From Christensenellaceae bacterium (GTDB lineage: Bacteria > Bacillota > Clostridia > Christensenellales > UBA1242), in assembly GCA_031256235.1 (NCBI GenBank), contig JAIRQZ010000017.1, positions 1-45,145 on the forward strand: a stretch of DNA of 45,145 nucleotides. The letters are read 5' to 3'. Positions 35,675-44,160 of the stretch are shown in pieces. Position 1 is the first letter of the stretch. Each line of letters starts with the position of its first letter. A program made the translations under genes and the position numbers. Under the pieces are notes generated by a model. It was not told the origin of the DNA. It was given only the letters and a program-made list of their open reading frames with translations, and did not search any database.

Positions 35675-36400
35675 ATGCAAATTGAATTTATACCAGTGAA
35701 GACCCGCATTGTGATGCCACCCGCCGACCCGATTTGGGACATCATCGATGGGCTTGACGTCCGCGACGGCGACATAGTTTTCATCACAAGCAAAATCTTG
35801 GCAATTCATCAAGGCCGATGTATAAAACAAGGAAGCACAAGTAAACAGAAACTTATTGAACAAGAATCCACGCACTTCTTGCCATACAGGCACCCAGACG
35901 GGTTCGACATAAGTTTGGCGATTGTAAACAACACCTTGATGCCGGCGGCAGGCATAGACGAAAGCAACGCAGACGGCCATTACATTTTGTTGCCGGAAAG
36001 AATTGATGAACTTTGCAAAGAAATTCGGTCAAGATTAATTAAAAAGCACAAGGTCAAAAACCTTGGTATTGTCTGCACGGACAGTCACACGACGCCACTT
36101 AGATGGGGCGTGACAGGGATTACCATGGGCTTGTCGGGCGTAAACCAACTTAACGACATTCGTGGCAGTAAAGACATCTTTGGTCGAACCATGCACGTCA
36201 CAAAGGTCAACCTTGTCGACCCTCTAACTTCTATGGCCGTTTTAATCATGGGCGAATGCGCGGAGCAAACGCCTGTTGTTATTTTGCGGAACTATAAAGG
36301 TATTCCTTTTGATGCAAACGGAAGCATGAAAGATTTTAAAATTTGCTCCGAGACCGACATTTACAAACCACTCTTGGATGTTTTCAAGAAGAAAACTTGA
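35675..36400 (+). CDS. CofE-like gamma-glutamyl ligase (F420 ligase family; possible alternative folylpolyglutamate synthase)
   Basis: GDIVFITSKI, AGIDESNADG, TDSHTTPLRWG..G, D.RG.KDIFGR.M.VT and MGE..EQTP. Confidence 0.85.
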   Translation: MQIEFIPVKTRIVMPPADPIWDIIDGLDVRDGDIVFITSKILAIHQGRCIKQGSTSKQKLIEQESTHFLPYRHPDGFDISLAIVNNTLMPAAGIDESNADGHYILLPERIDELCKEIRSRLIKKHKVKNLGIVCTDSHTTPLRWGVTGITMGLSGVNQLNDIRGSKDIFGRTMHVTKVNLVDPLTSMAVLIMGECAEQTPVVILRNYKGIPFDANGSMKDFKICSETDIYKPLLDVFKKKT

Positions 36401-37898
36401 CCCTGAATCCGTTGAATTTCACGATGTTGAATATGTGACAAAGTGCCAAGAAAACGACCAATGTCGCGGTCCCGCACAGGGTAAGGCTTGCGAACAACCC
36501 GATATAAGGCAACAAAATCCCATATGTGAACAGCCCAAGTAAAACGCTTGGAATGCACAGCAGGGCAAAGGTAAGGGTTTGGCTTATGACAGTTATAACT
36601 ATGCCTTTGCTTGTAAGTCGGGCGATAAGAACAAGGTTCAAAATGCTCGCGATGCTCATGCACGCGCCCATGCCGACGACAAGTGCGCCTATGCCGATGA
36701 ACTTTGGCAAAAACCAAACCGAGGCGAACAGTGCCACCGCGCCAATTCCGTAGTTTTTCATGGCGGCGGTTTCGCGGCCAAGGCTGTTCAAAATCGCGTT
36801 GGTAATTTGCGACAATGAAATCGGTATCATCGCCCAAGCGAATTGTGAAAGATAAATCCCGCTTACGGCCTCGGCATAAAGAAACGTCCCGATACCTTCG
36901 CCAAGCGCAATGAAAGCAGGCAACAACAGGAAGTTTATAAACAAGGTGAACTTAAGGGCGTTACGAACTTGGTGCGATACCTTGTCATTATTCTTGTCCG
37001 TGTACGCGGAACTTAACTCTGGCACAAGGGCAGTGGACAACGAACTTATAACCGTTTGTGGGATTGTCAACAATGGATAGGTCATACCGATAAGAACACC
37101 GAATGCGCTCAAGGCCGCCGCAGACGTCCACCCGGCGCTTATAAGTCGCATTGGGATTGCAACGGCTATAATTGGCATGGCAAAACTTGAAAGCAACCGC
37201 ATACCCGTGATTGGCGCGGCGCTTTTAAAAAGAGGCTTGTACTGTGTGCGCGCCGTATTTGTCTTGTCCGCATCAATCTTGCGCGCCTTAAAGTACATGA
37301 ACGCGACGATTATTGCCGCCAAAAAGAACGCGACGGTATAACTTAACGCCGCGATTTGCGCCAAGTCGACGAACAGGAACGCGAGGGCAAGCATCACCAC
37401 AAACATAATGATGCGGATGATTTGCTCCATTAACTCGGTTACGCCAAGCAAAAAGTATCGACGCTCGCCCCACCATACGGCGCGAATAACGCAATAGCAA
37501 CTTGCCGCAAAGACCGAGGGCACAAGGACAATCAAAATCGATATACATCGGGCATCGGTGAATAGTTTGCCAAGTAATGTATGTCCCGCGAACAAGATTC
37601 CGCACGCAAGCAAACTTAAAGCCATGCTTATGCAAAGCCCCGCGACAACCACGCCACCTGATTGCTTTGTGGCGACGCGTTTTGAAATCGCCAACGGCAG
37701 TCCCGAGGCAACCAACGTCAAAAAGACCGTGAAAAATGACAACGCGATTTGGTATATGCCAAGCATCTCGGGTCCAAGGATGCGCGACAAAAATATTCGG
37801 AACAAAAACCCGATTGCGCGTGTTAAAACGGCGAACACAGTAATAAGTGCTACCGAACTTGCAAAGGTGCCTGCCGCATTTTTGGTCTTGCCCCGCAT
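36384..37898 (-). CDS. spoVB: SpoVB/MurJ-like MOP-family flippase
   Basis: TRAIGFLFRIFLSRILG.E.LG.YQ, SGLP.AISK, EQIIRI and SLSTALVPELS; start moved to ATG 37898. Confidence 0.82.
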   Translation of the reverse strand: MRGKTKNAAGTFASSVALITVFAVLTRAIGFLFRIFLSRILGPEMLGIYQIALSFFTVFLTLVASGLPLAISKRVATKQSGGVVVAGLCISMALSLLACGILFAGHTLLGKLFTDARCISILIVLVPSVFAASCYCVIRAVWWGERRYFLLGVTELMEQIIRIIMFVVMLALAFLFVDLAQIAALSYTVAFFLAAIIVAFMYFKARKIDADKTNTARTQYKPLFKSAAPITGMRLLSSFAMPIIAVAIPMRLISAGWTSAAALSAFGVLIGMTYPLLTIPQTVISSLSTALVPELSSAYTDKNNDKVSHQVRNALKFTLFINFLLLPAFIALGEGIGTFLYAEAVSGIYLSQFAWAMIPISLSQITNAILNSLGRETAAMKNYGIGAVALFASVWFLPKFIGIGALVVGMGACMSIASILNLVLIARLTSKGIVITVISQTLTFALLCIPSVLLGLFTYGILLPYIGLFASLTLCGTATLVVFLALCHIFNIVKFNGFRVKFSS

Positions 37899-37908
37899 AT
37901 TAATGAGT

Positions 37909-38079
37909 ATGTTAATAAAAATTAAATTAGACGGCACCAGTTCCCTAATCGACATCGCGCGAACTTGCAAAGTGGCTCCATGTCAAATTCTTATCGTTAA
38001 CGGTGTGCAAAATGAAATCGAGTTAATGGAAAAAGCCGAAATCTTCGTTCCTGTCTCGACAGGGCATATGGTTATTTGA
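37909..38079 (+). CDS. Small stand-alone LysM-like protein (56 aa; hidden at the end of a shadow ORF)
   Basis: MLIKIKLDGTSSLIDIARTCKVAPCQILIVNGVQNEIELMEKAEIFVP fits the LysM pattern (SL..IA....V....I...N.......L.....I.VP); fills the intergenic gap. Confidence 0.65.
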   Translation: MLIKIKLDGTSSLIDIARTCKVAPCQILIVNGVQNEIELMEKAEIFVPVSTGHMVI

Positions 38080-38512
38080 AATAATACAATTTATTATCGG
38101 GGTCGCGTAATTCAATTTGCCCCTTTTTGTTGATGCTATAAGGGTTAGGAGTCCAGTTCGCCTTTGCGTTGTCGCGTTGCAAAACATTGTTGTCCCCGAT
38201 AATTCGGTACATATCTTGGTATTCAAAGGCATAGGCCTTTTTGCCAACTTTTTTCCAAGTCCCAATGCCAACAAACTCATTGTTACCGCGATAAACAACT
38301 TGGAAAGAAAAAGTCCCGTTTTTGTGCAACCAAAGTTTCGATCCCTTGTAATCCGAAGCACGGCGTTGCTCTGTATCATTGCCTGCAAGGGCGCGGATGG
38401 TCATATAGTCGGGGCGGGTAACAAGGACGGTCGCCGTGACAATGCCTCCGATAATGACAAGGATAAGTATGGCGCACAAAATAAACTTCTTACTATGAAA
38501 AAGTGCTATCAT
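38072..38512 (-). CDS. Hypothetical membrane-anchored exported protein (beta-rich)
   Basis: N-terminal TM; L.KNGTFSF...G.GTWKK beta-barrel/lipocalin-like pattern. Confidence 0.75.
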   Translation of the reverse strand: MIALFHSKKFILCAILILVIIGGIVTATVLVTRPDYMTIRALAGNDTEQRRASDYKGSKLWLHKNGTFSFQVVYRGNNEFVGIGTWKKVGKKAYAFEYQDMYRIIGDNNVLQRDNAKANWTPNPYSINKKGQIELRDPDNKLYYFK

Positions 38513-39045
38513 GATTGCACCTCGCGCAAAAATGACATTACAACGGTGTTCTCGCGGTAAAGTTCCTCGACTGGAGGCGCGGCATGTTCGTCGCTTGACA
38601 CGGTTACCTTGTAATTGACCGTGGAGGTAAAGATTATTCTGTCCTCGGTCGTGTAAACCTTGTACTCGCGGATGTCACCGTCATAAAGATGTCGGATTGT
38701 TGCGTTAAGGCTGGCTTTGTTGCGTTTTATGTGCGTGACAACAAAAAGCATCTCGGTACGCTTTGCGCCGTGCTCAAAGGTAATGCGAAAGTTTTTAAAG
38801 TTATTTTCAAAAGCGCAATATGACGCGTCATTTGTCTTAAGGCCGATAATTTCGCTTGTGGGCATTCCCGTGACCGCATGAGGATAACGGAACAAGCCGT
38901 TGCGCATAGATTTAATTTGGTAATGTTGGTCAATCTTTACTTCGGGGCCAGGCACTGGCTTGGGTTTAAGCCAACTGTACGCGCCAAAACCCAGACCAGA
39001 AACCACCAGTACCATAACAATGACGAACGGAAGCCATTTTTTCAT
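38509..39045 (-). CDS. Hypothetical membrane-anchored exported protein
   Basis: MKKWLP plus hydrophobic segment, beta-rich remainder; 4-nt overlap with the next gene. Confidence 0.78.
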   Translation of the reverse strand: MKKWLPFVIVMVLVVSGLGFGAYSWLKPKPVPGPEVKIDQHYQIKSMRNGLFRYPHAVTGMPTSEIIGLKTNDASYCAFENNFKNFRITFEHGAKRTEMLFVVTHIKRNKASLNATIRHLYDGDIREYKVYTTEDRIIFTSTVNYKVTVSSDEHAAPPVEELYRENTVVMSFLREVQS

Positions 39046-39051
39046 CGCTTC

Positions 39052-39080
39052 ATTTTAAACCATTTTACGTAATAAGTCAA
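39052..39080 (-). promoter_or_regulatory. Sigma-A promoter
   Basis: TTGACT (39080-39075), 17 nt, TAAAAT (39057-39052), then 6 nt to ATG 39045. Confidence 0.75.
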
Positions 39081-39082
39081 AC

Positions 39083-42001
39083 TTATTTATCCATGCGACG
39101 TGCGCTTCTGTCGTCGCTTGCGTACGAAGTGTGGTGTTTGTCTATATGAAGGCGGAATGTATATTTGCGCAACAGGAATCCAGCGATGGCGACAAGGATT
39201 GTAACGGCCATAATAAGTGACGGAGCAATAACCCACCATTGAACGGGTGCCCGCGGGCCTTTGGTGGTGTCTTCTTGAGGGACATATGACTCGGTAATAA
39301 AGGCAGCGTAGATTGCATCTTTGTATTGTTCTTTGGCGTCAAGGAAATCCTGTTCTTCGATTTGTTTAAGCTTAATATCGCGGATGTAAATTTCACCCGT
39401 GACCGCCATGAATTCGTCGCCGAATGCGATTTTAAGGGTAAGGTCGCCGTCTTGGTCGGGGCGGACGTAAAAGACAAGTTCAGTAAAGCCGTCTTCGTCC
39501 AAAACTTCCATGTCCTTGACGTCTTCGTATTTGATGTTTTTGATTCCGCCCTCAAAGCCGTCCAAGGTAAAATTCAAACCGTATTCGTGGTCGTCGGGGC
39601 TGTCGATTGAAAGCCCGCGGAAGTCATTTATGTCATTGCTGTCGGTAGGGTATTCAGGCACGCAAAGGTGATACGCTTTCAGGTTGTCGACGATTTTCAC
39701 TTTCAATCGGTATTCGTAAAAACTTCCGCCACTGATTGATTCGGTGAATGTGTTAACGGCGGACGAGGCCATGGAAGCGTTATTATTACGTATGAAAAGG
39801 CTGTCGCCCAACAATGTAAGTTGCGCGCCCGCGCCCTCGAAAAACTTTAATGGGTTGGCCAAGTCGGTTTTGACTGCATCGGACGGGATGTCCTTGTCGG
39901 TTTGGTTGAAAAGCACATTATCAATAAAGACGATGGCTGCGGGGCTGTTGCTGGTTTCGGTTCCAAGGCTAAATACAAGGCTTAACTCGTGGTTCGCTAT
40001 GACCGACGCATTTATCGCGAAAGTATAATGTTCCCAATCGGTTGATACAATACTGTGGCTTCCGCCTCTTGATTTTGAAAGGTCAAGTTTTGATATCTCA
40101 CGGCCTTTAACAAAGGCTGAAACGCTGAACACAAGGCCGTCGGCGGGAATGTATTGTCGCATGATGTCAAAGGAAACAAGATTTGTCACACCCGAACCAA
40201 GTGCGATTGCTGGGCTTGTCAATGTCTGCCAAGCACGGCCCTTGTTTTGCATCATATATACGTTGTTGTTGGGGCTTGCACCACCAATGATGCCAGGGCA
40301 AACGGTCGCAATGCCATAGTTACTGGGCTCGCCGACGCCTGCGTTCGCATAACGCGTCCAATGTTCAAGTTCCGTGTTAACAATACCGCTTAATACCAAA
40401 TCATCATTACCCTCGGCGTAATTAAGTTCCCAATCTTTGGCTTTCAATGGGTAAGGGCTTTCGACCGAGCGTATTGTGCCCAAATTAAAGTACGAATTCG
40501 CAATGCTTGACGTGGCGGTGCTTGTGTCAAGCAAGATGCTGTTCTCGGTAAGTCCCTGACCGTGTTTTTCAAAATATTCTTGGGATATGCGATTGATTTT
40601 GAAACTTGACGGGTCAATGATTACATAGTCGTTTGCAGGGCTGTCCTGTTGACCGACCCAAAACTCGATATCGCAAAGCGCGTCGTAATAATTTTCGCCC
40701 GTCAAAAAGAAAGTATTAATGTTCCATCCATTAAGTTCAAGTTTGTTTGAAATAGTAAGTGATTTGTGGCCCGAGTCAAAAAACTCATCGGCCTTCTTAT
40801 CGCGCCACTGGGTATCGCGGATACGCATGCTTGAATTAACGCCACTGTATGCAAGGCTATAAAAACTTAACATGTATATTTGGTGACGGCGGATAAGAAA
40901 CGGCTCGGATAACTTAATACTTGCCTCACCATTGTTCGCGGCAATCAACATTAAATCGGCAACCCCAGATTTTTTCGGAAGATTTATATAATCGACATCT
41001 TCAAAATTTAAAAGGGCAGGGATGCTTGAACTCGAGATACTGGGGCGCGAGTATGTCCCGAATAACTCGGTGTCAACGGTCTGTTTTGGGTCAACAACGT
41101 TGCGCTCGAAAGTAACGCCATGGTCTTCGGCAATTTTAAAGTTGTTCTCAATCACATCTTTGCTTTCCAAATCAAGCAACATCTTAAGATGTGACTCACG
41201 TGTGTCGGCCATTTCTTCGGCATAGATTCGGTCAAAGGTTTCAAGGTTGACTTGGTCAATGCGAGGGTTTTGGAAGTATATAGCGCCACGGCTTTCGGCG
41301 GTCATCGAGCCCAAATACAAACCAAGTTTAAAACTACGTGTCTCCATAACATCGGTTTTGACAAAAAACTGGGCAGTCTTCCACGAACTTTGGTTTACAA
41401 GTCCAGGGTTGCCCTCGGCGGCGTAACTTACTTGGGGTAAATCGATTTTTGGGATAAAGTTGTCGTCAAATTCTTCTTCAGGAATCAAGTAAAACGCCCC
41501 AAAGCCTTGAACCGCGTAAAAGTCTACACTTACGACATAGTAACTGTCGGCTTGGAACTCGGTATTTGGGCTTGTGAAACTTGCGGTTGACGCAGTAGCC
41601 TCGTGCAGGTTGTTCGAAATAAAGAACACAGTATCATTCCCGATATTCATAGGCGGAGTCTTAAGATATGACAAGTCGCGTTTGATGTAATCGGATTTGA
41701 ATCTGCTGAATTGGCGTAAATTCAACGCCCCACCGATAGTGGTGGTATCGGTGGCCTTTTTATCCCACCCGCTTATGTCGGCCGAAAAGACAAACCCGTT
41801 CGCGCTTTCCTTTGCCAAATTGGCATTGTTAAGTTCGACTGACCTTGTCGTAAAAATGGTTTGTGACTGTTCTGGGGCAAGATATGAAAAGCCTGCATTC
41901 TTATTATATTTGGGGTTTGTCGCGCCCAACGCAAAAGGCAATGCCCCTATAATAAGGACAACGCTTACAACTGTGGCAAGGTTTCTTTTGAAGCGGAACA
42001 T
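39083..42001 (-). CDS. Large type-I membrane surface protein with four CBM-like jelly-roll repeats
   Basis: Signal peptide; four W..(Y/F).F.......L.(L/F).(L/F)G......G.(I/V)Y(F/I)D-type repeats; C-terminal TM and basic tail. Confidence 0.85.
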   Translation of the reverse strand: MFRFKRNLATVVSVVLIIGALPFALGATNPKYNKNAGFSYLAPEQSQTIFTTRSVELNNANLAKESANGFVFSADISGWDKKATDTTTIGGALNLRQFSRFKSDYIKRDLSYLKTPPMNIGNDTVFFISNNLHEATASTASFTSPNTEFQADSYYVVSVDFYAVQGFGAFYLIPEEEFDDNFIPKIDLPQVSYAAEGNPGLVNQSSWKTAQFFVKTDVMETRSFKLGLYLGSMTAESRGAIYFQNPRIDQVNLETFDRIYAEEMADTRESHLKMLLDLESKDVIENNFKIAEDHGVTFERNVVDPKQTVDTELFGTYSRPSISSSSIPALLNFEDVDYINLPKKSGVADLMLIAANNGEASIKLSEPFLIRRHQIYMLSFYSLAYSGVNSSMRIRDTQWRDKKADEFFDSGHKSLTISNKLELNGWNINTFFLTGENYYDALCDIEFWVGQQDSPANDYVIIDPSSFKINRISQEYFEKHGQGLTENSILLDTSTATSSIANSYFNLGTIRSVESPYPLKAKDWELNYAEGNDDLVLSGIVNTELEHWTRYANAGVGEPSNYGIATVCPGIIGGASPNNNVYMMQNKGRAWQTLTSPAIALGSGVTNLVSFDIMRQYIPADGLVFSVSAFVKGREISKLDLSKSRGGSHSIVSTDWEHYTFAINASVIANHELSLVFSLGTETSNSPAAIVFIDNVLFNQTDKDIPSDAVKTDLANPLKFFEGAGAQLTLLGDSLFIRNNNASMASSAVNTFTESISGGSFYEYRLKVKIVDNLKAYHLCVPEYPTDSNDINDFRGLSIDSPDDHEYGLNFTLDGFEGGIKNIKYEDVKDMEVLDEDGFTELVFYVRPDQDGDLTLKIAFGDEFMAVTGEIYIRDIKLKQIEEQDFLDAKEQYKDAIYAAFITESYVPQEDTTKGPRAPVQWWVIAPSLIMAVTILVAIAGFLLRKYTFRLHIDKHHTSYASDDRSARRMDK

Positions 42002-42100
42002 GATGTGTCTAGTATCTCACAAACCCCGAACAAAATGCAAGTAGTATTTTTATTGACAAAATTCGCATTTTGTGGTATATTAACGATGGAGAAAATTTTT

Positions 42101-42601
42101 ATGTCGTCAAAAACAAAACAAAAAGCACGAAAGAACCTCGACAACCGCAATCTCAAGAACAACAAGCACAAAAAGTTCAATCCTGTTATTAATGATGACG
42201 AAGCAGTTCGCCCTGATATGACTGGTTTTTATATCGAAATGGAGGAACACTTCCAAAAAAATCCTGAAGAAGTCGCACGTCTCAGGGAATGGGAGGCGGA
42301 AAACAAAAAGGCAGCCGAAGAAAAAGAAATTGAAGAAGCATTAAAGAAAGACCACGTTTACGATTGTGGCGGTGATTTGTCCCAAGACGAAATCGACGCC
42401 GTGCTTGAAGGCCGAATTGAATTTGACGAATTTGAAAAGAATTTCAAAAAACAAAACCCCGAATACACTGGGTACCACCCGCATCTTCCTTCGTATCTTA
42501 TCTTTAAACAAGTCCAAAGCGGCGAATACAAAGGTTACGAATACGAACGCGTACCGTGCCCGGCAAAGAAAACACAAGAATCCACAATCGACGAAAAATA
42601 A
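42101..42601 (+). CDS. Hypothetical highly charged protein
   Basis: TTGACA, 17 nt, TATATT promoter and GGAG SD before ATG 42101; basic N-terminus, acidic core. Confidence 0.7.
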   Translation: MSSKTKQKARKNLDNRNLKNNKHKKFNPVINDDEAVRPDMTGFYIEMEEHFQKNPEEVARLREWEAENKKAAEEKEIEEALKKDHVYDCGGDLSQDEIDAVLEGRIEFDEFEKNFKKQNPEYTGYHPHLPSYLIFKQVQSGEYKGYEYERVPCPAKKTQESTIDEK

Positions 42602-42645
42602 GTTGGGTATTTACATTTACAAAATAATGGGCTAGGCTGTTACAT

Positions 42646-44160
42646 ATGGAAACTTTGCAAACTTACGCCTTATTTGAAGTCGGCACGACGCACGTGCGTT
42701 TGACCTTGGCCAAAGGTGTCCCTGGCGAGTATTACTATGTATACAAGATGCTTTCCGAAGCCATCCACATCAACCAACATATTGAAAACGACGGCATGAT
42801 AAAATCCGCAAAGATTCATGAAGTCGTTACTATCTTAAGAATGTACAAAAAGATTTGCTATGCCGAGGGTGTAAGGAATTATTCCGCCGTTGCCGCTGAA
42901 AATTTAACCAATGCCAAAAACTATCGCAGTTTCATCGACGAATTGGGCGCAAGCATTGACCAAGACTTCAAACTGCTGACCGAAACCGAAGAAACAAATG
43001 CAATCTACACCGCGGTTGTAAACACAACAAACGTCGCAAAAGGCGTCATCATCAATGTGTCAAGTTTCTCGACACGCATAATTCACTACAGCCGTCGCAT
43101 GATTCTGGACTCGGTCACAATCCCGTTCGGCTCGGTATCTCTGTTCCAAAAAGCCGAACACATGCCACCCGTCGCGACCGACCTGTTTAAAAAAGAACTT
43201 GAAAAATCCGCACCGTTTCTAAAAAACCTTGATGCCGAAACCCAAATCGTCGGGGTAGGCGATGTCATGGCCTCTTTCGGTAAAATTTCGCGTAAAATGA
43301 AAAAATATCCGCTTGATATCGAAAACGATTACGTCGCTGACAAGTCCACATTCAACGAAGTCTTCCAATTCATATCAAGCCTTGACATGGAAAAGCGTCA
43401 AAAAATCAAGGGCATCTCAAACCACAGTTCACGTACAATCCTTTGCGGTATGTGCATCATTGATGCAATGTTCCGCCACAGCCACGCCAACGAAATCGTC
43501 ATTGCCTCGGCATTCCGTAACATCGGCCTCTTGTTCAACACCGTGATTCCTTCAACGGCGGAAAAACCCATAAGCGATTTGTTAACCTACAGCCTCGACA
43601 GGATTTTCGGAATGAAAGGTATCGACAAAGACGCCGCCCGCAGGCATTACGATTTGGCCTCCTTACTATTCAAACAAATCCGAGTTTTACATAAACTTCC
43701 GCGCACCTACGCAAAGGTTCTTCGTATCGCCTCAAGCCTCTATTACGCGGGAGGCTATGTAAACAACTATCACGCAATCTTGTCGGCCCCGCTTTTGGGC
43801 GTCACGCACAAAGAAATCGTGTTGGCCGCCTTCGCCGCATCCTTCAAAAAGTGGGAAGACTTCAACCTTGCCGAATGGATTAAGTACAAAGAAATGGTCA
43901 CCGACGAAGATTTGGAAGCCGTGCGCAAAATTTCCATGATACTCGCGGTCGCTGAAGCGTTTGATATCCGAGGCAAAGAAATTATCAAGGACGTGTCCTG
44001 CGATGTCTTGGGCGACTCTGTAATCTTGAAACTAATCGTCGATACCGACACAAGCGTCATAAGAAACGACATAGGCGTCGCCGATGTGGAAATCTTCCAC
44101 GCGAAAAAGTACGCAAAAGAATTCCAAAACACATTCAAAAAATCCCTGGAGTTACTGTGA
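42646..44160 (+). CDS. Ppx/GppA-family protein with degenerate active-site motifs
   Basis: ASKHA-fold layout, IPFGSVSL, IKGIS..S.TILCG and HD-like C-terminal domain ending in the usual F..TFKK.L; catalytic motifs altered. Confidence 0.85.
   Translation: METLQTYALFEVGTTHVRLTLAKGVPGEYYYVYKMLSEAIHINQHIENDGMIKSAKIHEVVTILRMYKKICYAEGVRNYSAVAAENLTNAKNYRSFIDELGASIDQDFKLLTETEETNAIYTAVVNTTNVAKGVIINVSSFSTRIIHYSRRMILDSVTIPFGSVSLFQKAEHMPPVATDLFKKELEKSAPFLKNLDAETQIVGVGDVMASFGKISRKMKKYPLDIENDYVADKSTFNEVFQFISSLDMEKRQKIKGISNHSSRTILCGMCIIDAMFRHSHANEIVIASAFRNIGLLFNTVIPSTAEKPISDLLTYSLDRIFGMKGIDKDAARRHYDLASLLFKQIRVLHKLPRTYAKVLRIASSLYYAGGYVNNYHAILSAPLLGVTHKEIVLAAFAASFKKWEDFNLAEWIKYKEMVTDEDLEAVRKISMILAVAEAFDIRGKEIIKDVSCDVLGDSVILKLIVDTDTSVIRNDIGVADVEIFHAKKYAKEFQNTFKKSLELL

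Noticed and set aside
37558-37902. First 115 codons of the 173-aa plus-strand ORF
   Set aside because: Antisense to spoVB; only the last 56-58 codons look like a real LysM-like gene
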